DNA of 64,000 nucleotides from Gammaproteobacteria bacterium (GTDB lineage: Bacteria > Pseudomonadota > Gammaproteobacteria > Eutrophobiales > Eutrophobiaceae), in assembly GCA_965221695.1 (NCBI GenBank), contig OZ244905.1, forward strand, positions 704,001-768,000. Reading direction: 5' to 3'. The notes under the pieces were generated by a model that was not told where the DNA came from, did no database searches, and was given only the letters and a program-made list of their open reading frames with translations. Position numbers and translations under genes: made by a program. Below, piece after piece: positions 39,799 through 48,401 of this stretch. Positions within the stretch are counted from its first letter, which is position 1, and every line of letters starts with the position of its first letter.

Positions 39799-40821
39799 TC
39801 ACAAGTAGGATGACGCTACGTTAACAACTATTTTTCCTATTTGCTGATTTGACTCCATATATTCATGCGCCCGTACAATTTCGTCAAGTGAAAACACACG
39901 GTCAATCAATGGTTTGAGTTTTCCTTCTACCAGCCAATTTTTGATATCGGCCACAGACTTTTGTTTCAAGCGCGGATCATTGACCAGTTCCCATAATGTA
40001 TAGCCCTGCAGAACAGCTCCCTTTTTCATCGCCTTCACTAACGGATAAACTATCGGCTGATTATCCAATTGGCCATAAAGAAATATGGAACCTTTGTGAG
40101 CCAGGCAATCAAAAAACTCATTGACAATGGCTCCCGATATCGGGTCAAAGACTAAATCAACCCCATTTCCTCCTGTAATCCTGTTAACCGCTTCTACAAG
40201 ATTTTCTTCCGATGTAACGACGGTGTAGTCTGCACCGATTTCAAGAAGGGCGTCAGCCTTTGATGATGAACGTGTTGTGGCAATCACTTTTGCGCCAAGC
40301 ATCTTTGCCATTTGTATTGCACCAACTCCAACACTCGAAGTTGCAGCGGAAATTAAAACAAAATTATCCGGCTGAAGATCAGAATAAAGCGATAATGGAC
40401 CGTAAGCTGTCAGGTACTGTTGCCAAATTGCAGCCGCATCAATATCCGATAAATTTTCAGGTGGTTTGGCAAGGCAGAAGGCAGGCACAACGGCGGTCTC
40501 ACCATAAACACCATATTTTGACATGTCAAAGCATGGAATTGTTGTCACCCTTTCTCCCGGATTGAACCCCTGCACACCCTCGCCCAACTCGTCAATCACG
40601 CCAACCGCCTCCTTGCCCAGTTTGGATGGGAATACAGCATTACTCATGGGGTATGAACCATCTCGCATTTGAATCTCCGATCTGTTGAGACCAAAGGCAA
40701 GAATCTTAAGTCGCACCTCGCCAGCTTGTGGGATCTCGGGAGGCAGCGCTTCGATTTTTAATACATCCGCTGAACCAAGCGCATGAAATCTGACAACCTT
40801 AACCATATCCGTTTTCATCAA
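39799..40821 (-). CDS. Zn-independent MDR / quinone oxidoreductase
   Basis: GLNR.E, LG.EA.G, YG.YGE, YLTAYG, AATSSVG, MESN..IGKIVV. Confidence 0.9.
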   Translation of the reverse strand: MMKTDMVKVVRFHALGSADVLKIEALPPEIPQAGEVRLKILAFGLNRSEIQMRDGSYPMSNAVFPSKLGKEAVGVIDELGEGVQGFNPGERVTTIPCFDMSKYGVYGETAVVPAFCLAKPPENLSDIDAAAIWQQYLTAYGPLSLYSDLQPDNFVLISAATSSVGVGAIQMAKMLGAKVIATTRSSSKADALLEIGADYTVVTSEENLVEAVNRITGGNGVDLVFDPISGAIVNEFFDCLAHKGSIFLYGQLDNQPIVYPLVKAMKKGAVLQGYTLWELVNDPRLKQKSVADIKNWLVEGKLKPLIDRVFSLDEIVRAHEYMESNQQIGKIVVNVASSYL

Positions 40822-40822
40822 T

Positions 40823-41632
40823 TTACATGGAATATCCGCCGTTTACGCGTATGCATTGCCCTGTGATGTATTCAGCGGCGTCTGAGGCAAGAAACACCAC
40901 TGCATTTGCAGCATCTTCCGGTCTTGTAAGACGCCCTAAACCCTTGCCCAAGGGATAAGAACGGAGCATTTTTGCCAAAGTTTCATTATTTTCGGCCGTG
41001 GCATCCTCAGCAAGGAAGTCAGCCATGGGGCTTTCGTGAGAAACAGCGGCCAACGACACAACATTAACATTAATGCAATTCCTTCCCAATTCCTGTGCCA
41101 AGGACTTGCTCATTGCCAATACTGCGGCCTTTGCGCCGCTATACATCACATAGCGTGATTGTCCCACAAGGCCGGCATCAGAGATTATGCATATGATTTT
41201 CCCCTCCCTGTTCTCTATCATATCCGGCGCTAAGGTATGGATGGTATTGGCTGTTCCATAAATATTGAGGTCCACAATCTTCTTCCAATCTTCAGCTTTT
41301 GAATCATGAAATAATGGTAATCCAACTTCACCGGATCGCCGTTCCGGGATGATGCCTGCGTTACTAACCAATATGGATGGAGCTCCCAACTGGTCTTTTA
41401 TGCAGTCTGCCATGTCACGCACCAGCTCCAGTTTTGTTACATCTGCAACCGCGCTGATTGCTTTTCCCCCCGCACAATTTATTTCATCTGCAACAGCATC
41501 TGCTCTTTCCTGGATCAAGTCGTTTACGGCAACATACGCGCCTTCTTCCGCAAGCCTCAGACTTATCCTGCGGCCCACACCTTGACCACCACCAGTAACC
41601 AAAGCCACTTTCCCGTTCAGACACAGTTCCAT
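40823..41632 (-). CDS. SDR, hydroxyacyl-CoA dehydrogenase (BadH/FabG-like)
   Basis: TGGGQGVG, ISDAG, intact YSGAK, YITGQ...VNGG; GAGGA RBS before ATG 41632. Confidence 0.85.
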   Translation of the reverse strand: MELCLNGKVALVTGGGQGVGRRISLRLAEEGAYVAVNDLIQERADAVADEINCAGGKAISAVADVTKLELVRDMADCIKDQLGAPSILVSNAGIIPERRSGEVGLPLFHDSKAEDWKKIVDLNIYGTANTIHTLAPDMIENREGKIICIISDAGLVGQSRYVMYSGAKAAVLAMSKSLAQELGRNCINVNVVSLAAVSHESPMADFLAEDATAENNETLAKMLRSYPLGKGLGRLTRPEDAANAVVFLASDAAEYITGQCIRVNGGYSM

Positions 41633-41681
41633 ATTCCTCACCTGATATTTATATAAATCACAACTATGAGCGTTGTATGAT

Positions 41682-42473
41682 TTATTTACGATTAAAATTT
41701 GGTTTCCTTTTTTCAATAAACGCTGCCATTCCCTCTTTTCTATCTTCCGTATCAAAAAGGACCGAAGCTGCCCCCAGTTCCAGTTCCAACCCGGAAGCGA
41801 TGTCTGTTTGCATGCCCATATCGACCACCCGTTTTAAAGATTGCACTGCCTGAGCGGGTTTAGACGCAATTTTTTCCGCAATATTTGTAACTTCTTCCAT
41901 CAATTGAGTTGCCGGAAATACGCTGTTTACCAAGCCAATTTCGTTTGCCCTGCCGGCATCTAATGTTGTTCCACTGAATAGCATTTCCTTTGCCGCCGCA
42001 ATACCAATCAATCGGGGTAATCGTTGAGTTCCCCCTCCTGCGGGAATGATACCCAAATTTACTTCGGTCAAACCTATTTTTGCCGTATCTGAAATATATC
42101 GCATATCACAACACAAACAGATCTCTGCCCCGCCTCCGTATGCCACACCATTAATGGCAGCTATAGTAGGTTTTGAACAGGTTTCAAGAGACCTGAACAA
42201 TTGCAGTGTCTGCTTCTGTGTTGCGTAGAATTCTGATGAAGATTGGCTGGTTGCCGTTGTTTCCTTCAAGTCCTTGCCTGCGCAAAACGCCTTGGCGCCG
42301 GCGCCGGTGATAATTATTACTCTTATACCCTGCTGCTGCTCAGCCTGCAATAACGCGCTGCTCAATTCCTCCTTAAGCTGAGTATTCAGAGCATTCATAC
42401 TTTCAGGCCGATTAAGCGTAATCGTCGCTACGCCTGCTTTTTCAGTCATTAAGATAGTATCAAATGACAACAT
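41682..42473 (-). CDS. Enoyl-CoA hydratase (crotonase)
   Basis: LNRP...NAL, AFCAG.DL, GGG.E, TEV.LGIIP.GGG; both catalytic Glu present. Confidence 0.92.
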   Translation of the reverse strand: MLSFDTILMTEKAGVATITLNRPESMNALNTQLKEELSSALLQAEQQQGIRVIIITGAGAKAFCAGKDLKETTATSQSSSEFYATQKQTLQLFRSLETCSKPTIAAINGVAYGGGAEICLCCDMRYISDTAKIGLTEVNLGIIPAGGGTQRLPRLIGIAAAKEMLFSGTTLDAGRANEIGLVNSVFPATQLMEEVTNIAEKIASKPAQAVQSLKRVVDMGMQTDIASGLELELGAASVLFDTEDRKEGMAAFIEKRKPNFNRK

Positions 42474-42480
42474 TTCCGCT

Positions 42481-43620
42481 TTATCCGTTCAGGATTGTGA
42501 CGCCACAGGCGCCACTTTCCAGTTTTGTTACACCTCCACCGACAACATGAGCCAATCCGACTTTCGCATCCTTGACCTGGCGCAAACCTGCTTCTCCGCG
42601 TAATTGCCAGAATATTTCAGCAATCTGCGCTACGCCTGTAGCGCCTAGCGGATGCCCCCTGCCCAGCAAACCGCCGGAGGAAGAAACCGCGACCTCACCG
42701 TCGAGATCAGTTCGACCTTCATCGATCATTTTGCCGGCTTCTCCCGGCCGGCAAAACCCCAGATCTTCGTAGTGGATAAGTTCCGCAATTGCAAAAGGGT
42801 CATGCAATTCACAAATATCCACATCCAATGGTTTAATTTGGGCGATTTCGTAAGCTTGTTTTGCTGCCCTGATAGACATTTCTGATTTCACGTCCACGAT
42901 ACCATACGGTGTCCTCGTTCCTGAATTCAGCACACATGCTCTAATCTCAACCGGATGATCGCATAATTTATCCACTACTGTTTCACCTGCTAATATCACC
43001 GCGGCAGCGCCATCAGATATCGGGCAACACATGTTGCGGGTAATCGGGTCAGCTATGGCTGGTGACTCAAGAACTTCATCTATGGTCGTTTCTGTATTCA
43101 CACGACAACGTGGATTGTGTATGGCATTTTTCCGGTTCTTCACAACTACCTTGGCAATTTGTTCAAGCGATGTGCCATATTCCTGCATGTGCATTTGTGT
43201 AATCATCGCAAATGCAGCCGGCATCACTCGCCCCATGCTGCTGTCCAGATCATCAGTGACAACAGGCAGGAAACCTCCGCCTTCCCTGGTTAATTTTTCT
43301 GCTCCCAGAACCAGTGAGACTTCGGCATCTCCTGCGATAATTGCATTACAAGCTGACTTCAGCGCGGTAACACCACTGGCGCATGCATTCTCCACATTGG
43401 TTATCGGGATCCCGTCGATTCCTATTCTCATCAGTACTTTTTGACCAAAACAGGGACCCTGGTATGCATGTGCCGCAAACGCTGAATCAAGACGTAATGG
43501 ATCAATGGCTGATGATTCAATTGCGTTCCATACCGCCCTGCGCGCCAATTCATGAACAGATACACCATTTTGAGGGGCGAAATCTGTCATTCCTGCTCCG
43601 ATCACAAAAACTTTTTTCAT
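42481..43620 (-). CDS. SCP2-type thiolase-family protein
   Basis: NVENACASG, DGAAA, ELHD.F, GGLL.RGHPLGATG. Confidence 0.9.
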   Translation of the reverse strand: MKKVFVIGAGMTDFAPQNGVSVHELARRAVWNAIESSAIDPLRLDSAFAAHAYQGPCFGQKVLMRIGIDGIPITNVENACASGVTALKSACNAIIAGDAEVSLVLGAEKLTREGGGFLPVVTDDLDSSMGRVMPAAFAMITQMHMQEYGTSLEQIAKVVVKNRKNAIHNPRCRVNTETTIDEVLESPAIADPITRNMCCPISDGAAAVILAGETVVDKLCDHPVEIRACVLNSGTRTPYGIVDVKSEMSIRAAKQAYEIAQIKPLDVDICELHDPFAIAELIHYEDLGFCRPGEAGKMIDEGRTDLDGEVAVSSSGGLLGRGHPLGATGVAQIAEIFWQLRGEAGLRQVKDAKVGLAHVVGGGVTKLESGACGVTILNG

Positions 43621-44027
43621 GATTCCTTAGGTTTAAATTTAGGGCCGACGACTTTTTCGCCTTCTTTACCAATGCTTATTGTTCCGATAGTCAGCGTGAC
43701 CTCAGTTCCCACTTTGAGCCTGTCCTCAGTCCAGCCCTCAAGCTGCGCAAAAGTTGATACACCCTCTGATAGTTGGATAAGGGCAAGAGCATACGGTGAA
43801 TCAAATCCGGGTAATGCCCTGCGTACAATTGTGAAAGCTATAATTCTCCCATCACCATCCAATTCAATGTCTTCCAATGTGCCTGGCTTCCTGGCTGCCG
43901 GAGACATCGCTTCACGCGGGAAAAATACAGCGCCGGTTTCACGGCAACGACTCCCTAGTAATTTCGGTTTTCCGTCATTGGCACCGGACCGGATAAACAG
44001 GTTTTCTCTTATGTTTACTTCTTTCAT
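43617..44027 (-). CDS. DUF35 / OB-fold partner of thiolase
   Basis: L.GSRC..TG.VFFP, G.I..FT.V, PY.LALI.L.EG; overlaps the thiolase start (ATGA). Confidence 0.85.
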   Translation of the reverse strand: MKEVNIRENLFIRSGANDGKPKLLGSRCRETGAVFFPREAMSPAARKPGTLEDIELDGDGRIIAFTIVRRALPGFDSPYALALIQLSEGVSTFAQLEGWTEDRLKVGTEVTLTIGTISIGKEGEKVVGPKFKPKES

Positions 44028-44093
44028 ACAATGTTCTTCGGTCTTGGGCCAAATCCACGATAGCTATGTTGACGACCTATCCCTGTGCCGTAA

Positions 44094-44121
44094 GGACCTC
44101 TGAGACTTAATCAGTGGTTCC
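44094..44121. repeat. Short palindromic MITE-like element, copy G
   Basis: TAA-GGACCTCTGA-GACTTAA-TCAGTGGTTCC-TAA. Confidence 0.72.
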
Positions 44122-44163
44122 TAAGGTGATTGTCTCTTACCTGTCTAATCTATCTGATTAAAT

Positions 44164-44182
44164 TGTTAATGTAAAGATATCA
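44164..44182. promoter_or_regulatory. Putative 19-bp operator, site 6
   Basis: TGTTAATGTAAAGATATCA upstream of the DUF35-thiolase operon. Confidence 0.65.
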
Positions 44183-44193
44183 TTTATATTAGT

Positions 44194-44220
44194 GAGACTC
44201 TGAATTAATCAGGCAGTTCC
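44194..44220. repeat. Short palindromic MITE-like element, copy H
   Basis: GAGACTCTGA-ATTAA-TCAGGCAGTTCC abutting the ACAD stop (TTA 44221). Confidence 0.65.
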
Positions 44221-45363
44221 TTAGATATTTTCAAATATATTCGCCGCAATTCTTGTGCGTAGAATTTCATTCGTGCCGCCACCAAGCTGAAATGCCCTTA
44301 CGTCCCGTAACATGCGTTCGAGCGGGAATTCCGTTGAATAACCATAACCGCCATGGATTTGCATCGCCTGGTCACAAATTTTAAACGCAGCTTCACCGGC
44401 GTATAATTTTGCAATGGCTGCAGTATGTGCCGCAGCAGGGTCGTTGTCCGCGAGCATCTCCGCTGCCCTGTATATCAATAATCTCATAGCCTCCAGACTT
44501 GTTGTCATATCAGCTATCATCCATTGAAGGCCCTGAAAGCTTTTTAGTACTTTTCCAAAGGCTTTTCGTTCTGTCATATAACGCGCAGCTAATCTATGAG
44601 CTTCTGTTGCGATACCCAGACATATTGCCGGATTAAGAACGCGTGCCTGGTTTAACCCTTTCATAATTCTGGAAAAAGAGCCCGCGTCCACAATCATTGA
44701 AGTTTTATGGACACGACACTCTTCAAGTATTACTTCTGCTGAGGCGCCACCTTTCAGGCCCATATGATGATCCAGAGAACCAATAGATAAACCGGGTGTG
44801 CCCTTATCAAGAATAAAAGCTCCTATTCCTTTTGAACCTGGTATATCCCCGATTCGTGCGAATACAATGAAAAAATCTGCTATCGCAGCGCGTGTAATGA
44901 AGATTTTATTGCCAGAAATTACGTAGTGATCCTGCTCCCGAACAGCTTTGGTCCGCATTTCTGATGCGGCAGATCCCGCATCCGGCTCGGTCATCGCCCA
45001 ACAACCCAGAACTTCACCTGCAACAATGCCCGGCAAGTATCTGTCTTGATGTTCTTCAGTTCCAAACCGTTGAAGAATTTCTGCAGATGTACAATTCGCC
45101 AGAATAAATGCTGCAGTTGGTGTGCATGCTCTTGCAATCTCTTCGATTGCGACGACAGCATGTAAGATCGTTGCCCCACTCCCACCATATTTTTGATTTA
45201 CCGTAATTCCGGCAAGACCGTTTTCCGCAAGAATTTCAAGATTTTCCCGTGGCGCTTTGCCAGTTTTGTCCCAATGCGCTGCTTTAACTCGAAAATGGTT
45301 ATCTGCCAATTGCCTTGCCAAGTGGCGCAGCATGTCGAGTTCGTTTCGTAGCTCTTTATCCAT
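44221..45363 (-). CDS. Acyl-CoA dehydrogenase-family protein (atypical active site)
   Basis: AMTEPDAGS, GNKIFIT, R.AFG....FQG.QW..ADM, A.QIHGGYGY...ER.LRD; GGGTNEI instead of YEGT.EI. Confidence 0.92.
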   Translation of the reverse strand: MDKELRNELDMLRHLARQLADNHFRVKAAHWDKTGKAPRENLEILAENGLAGITVNQKYGGSGATILHAVVAIEEIARACTPTAAFILANCTSAEILQRFGTEEHQDRYLPGIVAGEVLGCWAMTEPDAGSAASEMRTKAVREQDHYVISGNKIFITRAAIADFFIVFARIGDIPGSKGIGAFILDKGTPGLSIGSLDHHMGLKGGASAEVILEECRVHKTSMIVDAGSFSRIMKGLNQARVLNPAICLGIATEAHRLAARYMTERKAFGKVLKSFQGLQWMIADMTTSLEAMRLLIYRAAEMLADNDPAAAHTAAIAKLYAGEAAFKICDQAMQIHGGYGYSTEFPLERMLRDVRAFQLGGGTNEILRTRIAANIFENI

Positions 45364-45409
45364 TGTGTTATTGATAAAAAAATTGAAAAAGAATAAAAGA
45401 TGTGCAAAA

Positions 45410-45428
45410 TGTTAATGTATAATTATCA
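45410..45428. promoter_or_regulatory. Putative 19-bp operator, site 7
   Basis: TGTTAATGTATAATTATCA between the divergent ACAD and SnoaL genes. Confidence 0.65.
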
Positions 45429-45540
45429 TTTGGTCAATTTCAACATAGGCGTTTCCAATATTATCCATTTATCTGTTTGGGTGCTGAAACAAATCCTGGT
45501 TGGAAGTAAACGGCACAGATAATACCGAAAGGAGGTTCCC

Positions 45541-46011
45541 GTGACGATTGACAACCTGAACGTAGTAAAGCGTTTTTATAATGAAGTAGAAAACAAAAAA
45601 AACGCAAATGCTGCCGCAAAGTTTTGGGTAGACAACCTCAAATGGCACGGCTCTGTTAATTCTCCAATTTTTCCCGGCTATTTTGAAGGAATTGATAATC
45701 TCAAACATGCTTTAGATATCTATTTTGAAGCAGTGGACCCGAATGCTCAGGTAGTTCAGTCCATCGTGTCCGGAGACGACAGGGTGGCTGTTCGCTTGCG
45801 CGTAACTGCGAAGCATACGGGTAATTTGCTTGGTTGTCCCGCGACCGGAAAGGAAGCTGTATTTACCGCTGCCGGAAGCTTTGTTCTCAATAATGGAAAA
45901 ATTATTGAAGAGTGGATTATTGCCGACTTCCTGGGCATGGCATTGCAATTTGGCTTCGAACTGCGGCTGCCAGGTGGTCAACCGGCAAAGTTCCATCAGG
46001 AGTTGATATGA
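45541..46011 (+). CDS. SnoaL-like ester cyclase (NTF2 fold)
   Basis: N..VV.RFY.E, D.VAVR, HTG...G.PATGK, GKI.EEW...D..G...Q.G; GGAGG RBS. Confidence 0.85.
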   Translation: MTIDNLNVVKRFYNEVENKKNANAAAKFWVDNLKWHGSVNSPIFPGYFEGIDNLKHALDIYFEAVDPNAQVVQSIVSGDDRVAVRLRVTAKHTGNLLGCPATGKEAVFTAAGSFVLNNGKIIEEWIIADFLGMALQFGFELRLPGGQPAKFHQELI

Positions 46012-46451
46012 ATCTGGACTCACACCCGGTGTATCGTTTTTATTGCGATGTCATTTCTGCAGGCGATACAACACGGATAGAAGAACTCTTTACTGAAGAT
46101 TTTACTTTACATGGGGATCCCGGCGCGGTACTGAGCCCGGAAAAAGTGGTGGGTCGAGATGCTTTCACGGAACAATTATCAAGCTTTCTTGACACGTTTG
46201 AAGTTGATGTCAATGTAGAGGAAGTCCTCCAGCAAGATAACACAGTATCGGCGTTATTGACTGTATATGCCACCTTGAAAAAAGAATTTCTCGGGTTGGC
46301 GCTAGGAAGCAAGGCTACTTATTCTGCATTGAATTTCTTCCGATTAGAAGGAGATAAAATTGCCGAAGAATGGCAGAGTGAAGACTTTGTTGGGATGCTA
46401 ATTCAACTAGGGTGTAAATTGTATGATCCAAACGGAAAATTGGTTGTTTAA
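46008..46451 (+). CDS. SnoaL-like ester cyclase (second copy)
   Basis: RFY, ELF.EDF..H, F.GL, FR....KIAEEW..ED..G...QLG; ATGA coupling. Confidence 0.82.
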   Translation: MNLDSHPVYRFYCDVISAGDTTRIEELFTEDFTLHGDPGAVLSPEKVVGRDAFTEQLSSFLDTFEVDVNVEEVLQQDNTVSALLTVYATLKKEFLGLALGSKATYSALNFFRLEGDKIAEEWQSEDFVGMLIQLGCKLYDPNGKLVV

Positions 46452-46478
46452 GGAAGCTCTGACTTAATCAGAGTTTCC
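46452..46478. repeat. Short palindromic MITE-like element, copy I (best preserved)
   Basis: TTAA-GGAAGCTCTGA-CTTAA-TCAGAGTTTCC-TTAA; the left TAA is the SnoaL stop. Confidence 0.85.
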
Positions 46479-46504
46479 TTAACAAACCGATTAGAGAGAA
46501 TCTA

Positions 46505-46816
46505 ATGAAATTATTTGCTATTTCCTATCGTCCCGAGGGAACCACGGATGAAAAAAAAGTACCTCAAAAAAATCCTGAAGCGCTACGCGCATGGGAGCTG
46601 TATAAAGAAGGCGTCTTCAGAGAGCTGTATTGGCGCACTGATGGTAAACCAGGTGTGGTAGTAGTATTAGAGTCTGACTCTATTGAGGAGGCAAACAAAG
46701 CGCTTAATTCGCTGCCAATGGTTGTTGGTGGTACTCTGGCATTTGATGTCATCCCCGTGGAGCCATATTCCCACTTCGAACGCTTGTTCAAAGAAGAGTT
46801 TGTCAATACAAGCTGA
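46505..46816 (+). CDS. Muconolactone isomerase-like dimeric alpha/beta protein
   Basis: E..RAWELY..GV.RE.Y.R.D..PG.V..LE..S.EEA...L.SLPMV......F.VIP..PY. Confidence 0.7.
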   Translation: MKLFAISYRPEGTTDEKKVPQKNPEALRAWELYKEGVFRELYWRTDGKPGVVVVLESDSIEEANKALNSLPMVVGGTLAFDVIPVEPYSHFERLFKEEFVNTS

Positions 46817-46889
46817 GATATGCTGATTTGCCCGGACTATGTGTTACCCATTACACCAAACCGTGTAATTCTATGGTGGCGCGGGTACC

Positions 46890-48164
46890 TCAGTACTGGT
46901 AATACAGGTAACAGATTGCGATGGTTGTCATAATCAGGATTCCCAGCCAGCTCCATAGTTTTAATACCAAGCCGGGTTGTTGTTCTGAGGGTACTTGCTG
47001 ACTGAAGATGGCGCGGTGGTTGAGGAAAGCGAGCGCCGGCGCTGTCAGGAAAGCAATACTGGTGGCAAAGTCGATGAAGTTTTTGAACGAGGTCAGGAAC
47101 ACCAGCAGGATCAACGAGCTGACGATGACCTGCAATACGATCAGGTAAGGGTAGTAGTCTCTCGCCGTTTTGCTATTGGACTGATCCGGGATTGCATCCG
47201 TTATTTTGTTGATGATATCACTGGCCGCTCTTGGCCCGGCATCGAGCAAGGTCATCACCGTGGAATACATCACAACCAGCGCGGCCAGGCTGACCACCGG
47301 GTACAGCCAGGCGCCGGTGGCCGCGGAAAACATCGATAACAATTGACCGGCAAAACCGACCGCGTCGGGCGCCAAGGCGATACCGGAAGAATAGAAAAAG
47401 GTGGCGCCCATCAGCATGAAGCAAAGAGCCAGGAAGATAGTGGTGAGATAGCCGATATTGAAATCAAACTTCGCGGATGCCAGGTCCAACTTTTGTTTTC
47501 CGCTTTGCTGCCTGGCGCAGACCCACAACGACTGAAATACGGATGCGGTAATCGAGGTAGGCATCCAACCGGCTACCGCGATCATGAACAAGATGGTGGA
47601 TTTATTCGGTTCCAGTACCGGGGTAAGGTCCACATCGAGATTTAACAGACGCGGCAACACGGACACTGTTGCCAGCACAGTTATCAGCGAAAACACCAGC
47701 ACCAGCGCCTTGATCAGGTTTTCAAACAAACGGTATTTCCCTGCGAGCAGAATCATCATGCAGACACACATTAAGATGAAGCACATGAGTACGATATTCA
47801 GGTTCAATCCCAATACATTCAGGGTGAGCCCGGCAGTGACCAGGCTGACTGCGGCGGTGGCGATGAACATGTCAACGGGCAGGATCAATGCAAACAGGAT
47901 CAACACGATACGTCCTTGCCTGCGATAGGCTTGCAACAGCGTCTCACCGGTAATGGCTGAATAATCGCTGGCAAATCGAAAGGCCGGATACTTGAGCACA
48001 CAGGCGGCAATAATCAACAAGCCCAGTGTCAAACCGAAATTGGCGCCGGCGCGGGTGGATTGTACAAGATGAGATACGCCGACGGCCGAAGCGGCAAACA
48101 ACATGCCCGGCCCCAATATCGCGGCGAGTGAAGACAATTTTCTTGTCTGGTTTGCTTTAGTCAT
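46890..48164 (-). CDS. Nramp-like divalent cation/solute permease
   Basis: LGPG.LFAA.AVGVSHLVQSTRAGA, GWMP and FDFNIGY motifs; many TM helices. Confidence 0.85.
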   Translation of the reverse strand: MTKANQTRKLSSLAAILGPGMLFAASAVGVSHLVQSTRAGANFGLTLGLLIIAACVLKYPAFRFASDYSAITGETLLQAYRRQGRIVLILFALILPVDMFIATAAVSLVTAGLTLNVLGLNLNIVLMCFILMCVCMMILLAGKYRLFENLIKALVLVFSLITVLATVSVLPRLLNLDVDLTPVLEPNKSTILFMIAVAGWMPTSITASVFQSLWVCARQQSGKQKLDLASAKFDFNIGYLTTIFLALCFMLMGATFFYSSGIALAPDAVGFAGQLLSMFSAATGAWLYPVVSLAALVVMYSTVMTLLDAGPRAASDIINKITDAIPDQSNSKTARDYYPYLIVLQVIVSSLILLVFLTSFKNFIDFATSIAFLTAPALAFLNHRAIFSQQVPSEQQPGLVLKLWSWLGILIMTTIAICYLYYQY

Positions 48165-48365
48165 TATGTTGTTGGGCAGATACTGGAAAATTTTGTCGCC
48201 ACCGTGTTACTTAAACAGTTGGCGTTCCCAGATATACTGAGGCAAATTTATCATTTTTGCACCAGTGATGGCAAAGAAGTGGATTTTATTATCGAACAAA
48301 ATGATTGATAGCTGTTGAGACATGCTGGCGACGTGGCGTGTCTGTTCCATGATCCAATCATAGAA

Positions 48366-48395
48366 TTGACACAAATGCCAGTTGCAAGCTATGCT
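48366..48395 (+). promoter_or_regulatory. sigma70 promoter for a probably leaderless ATPase gene
   Basis: TTGACA-N18-TATGCT, then 6 nt to ATG 48402. Confidence 0.55.
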
Positions 48396-48401
48396 TATTC
48401 C

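Noticed and set aside
21361-46478. Integron cassette array with the short palindromes as attC sites
   Set aside because: The elements are much shorter than attC sites, genes face both ways with their own promoters, and there is no intI.
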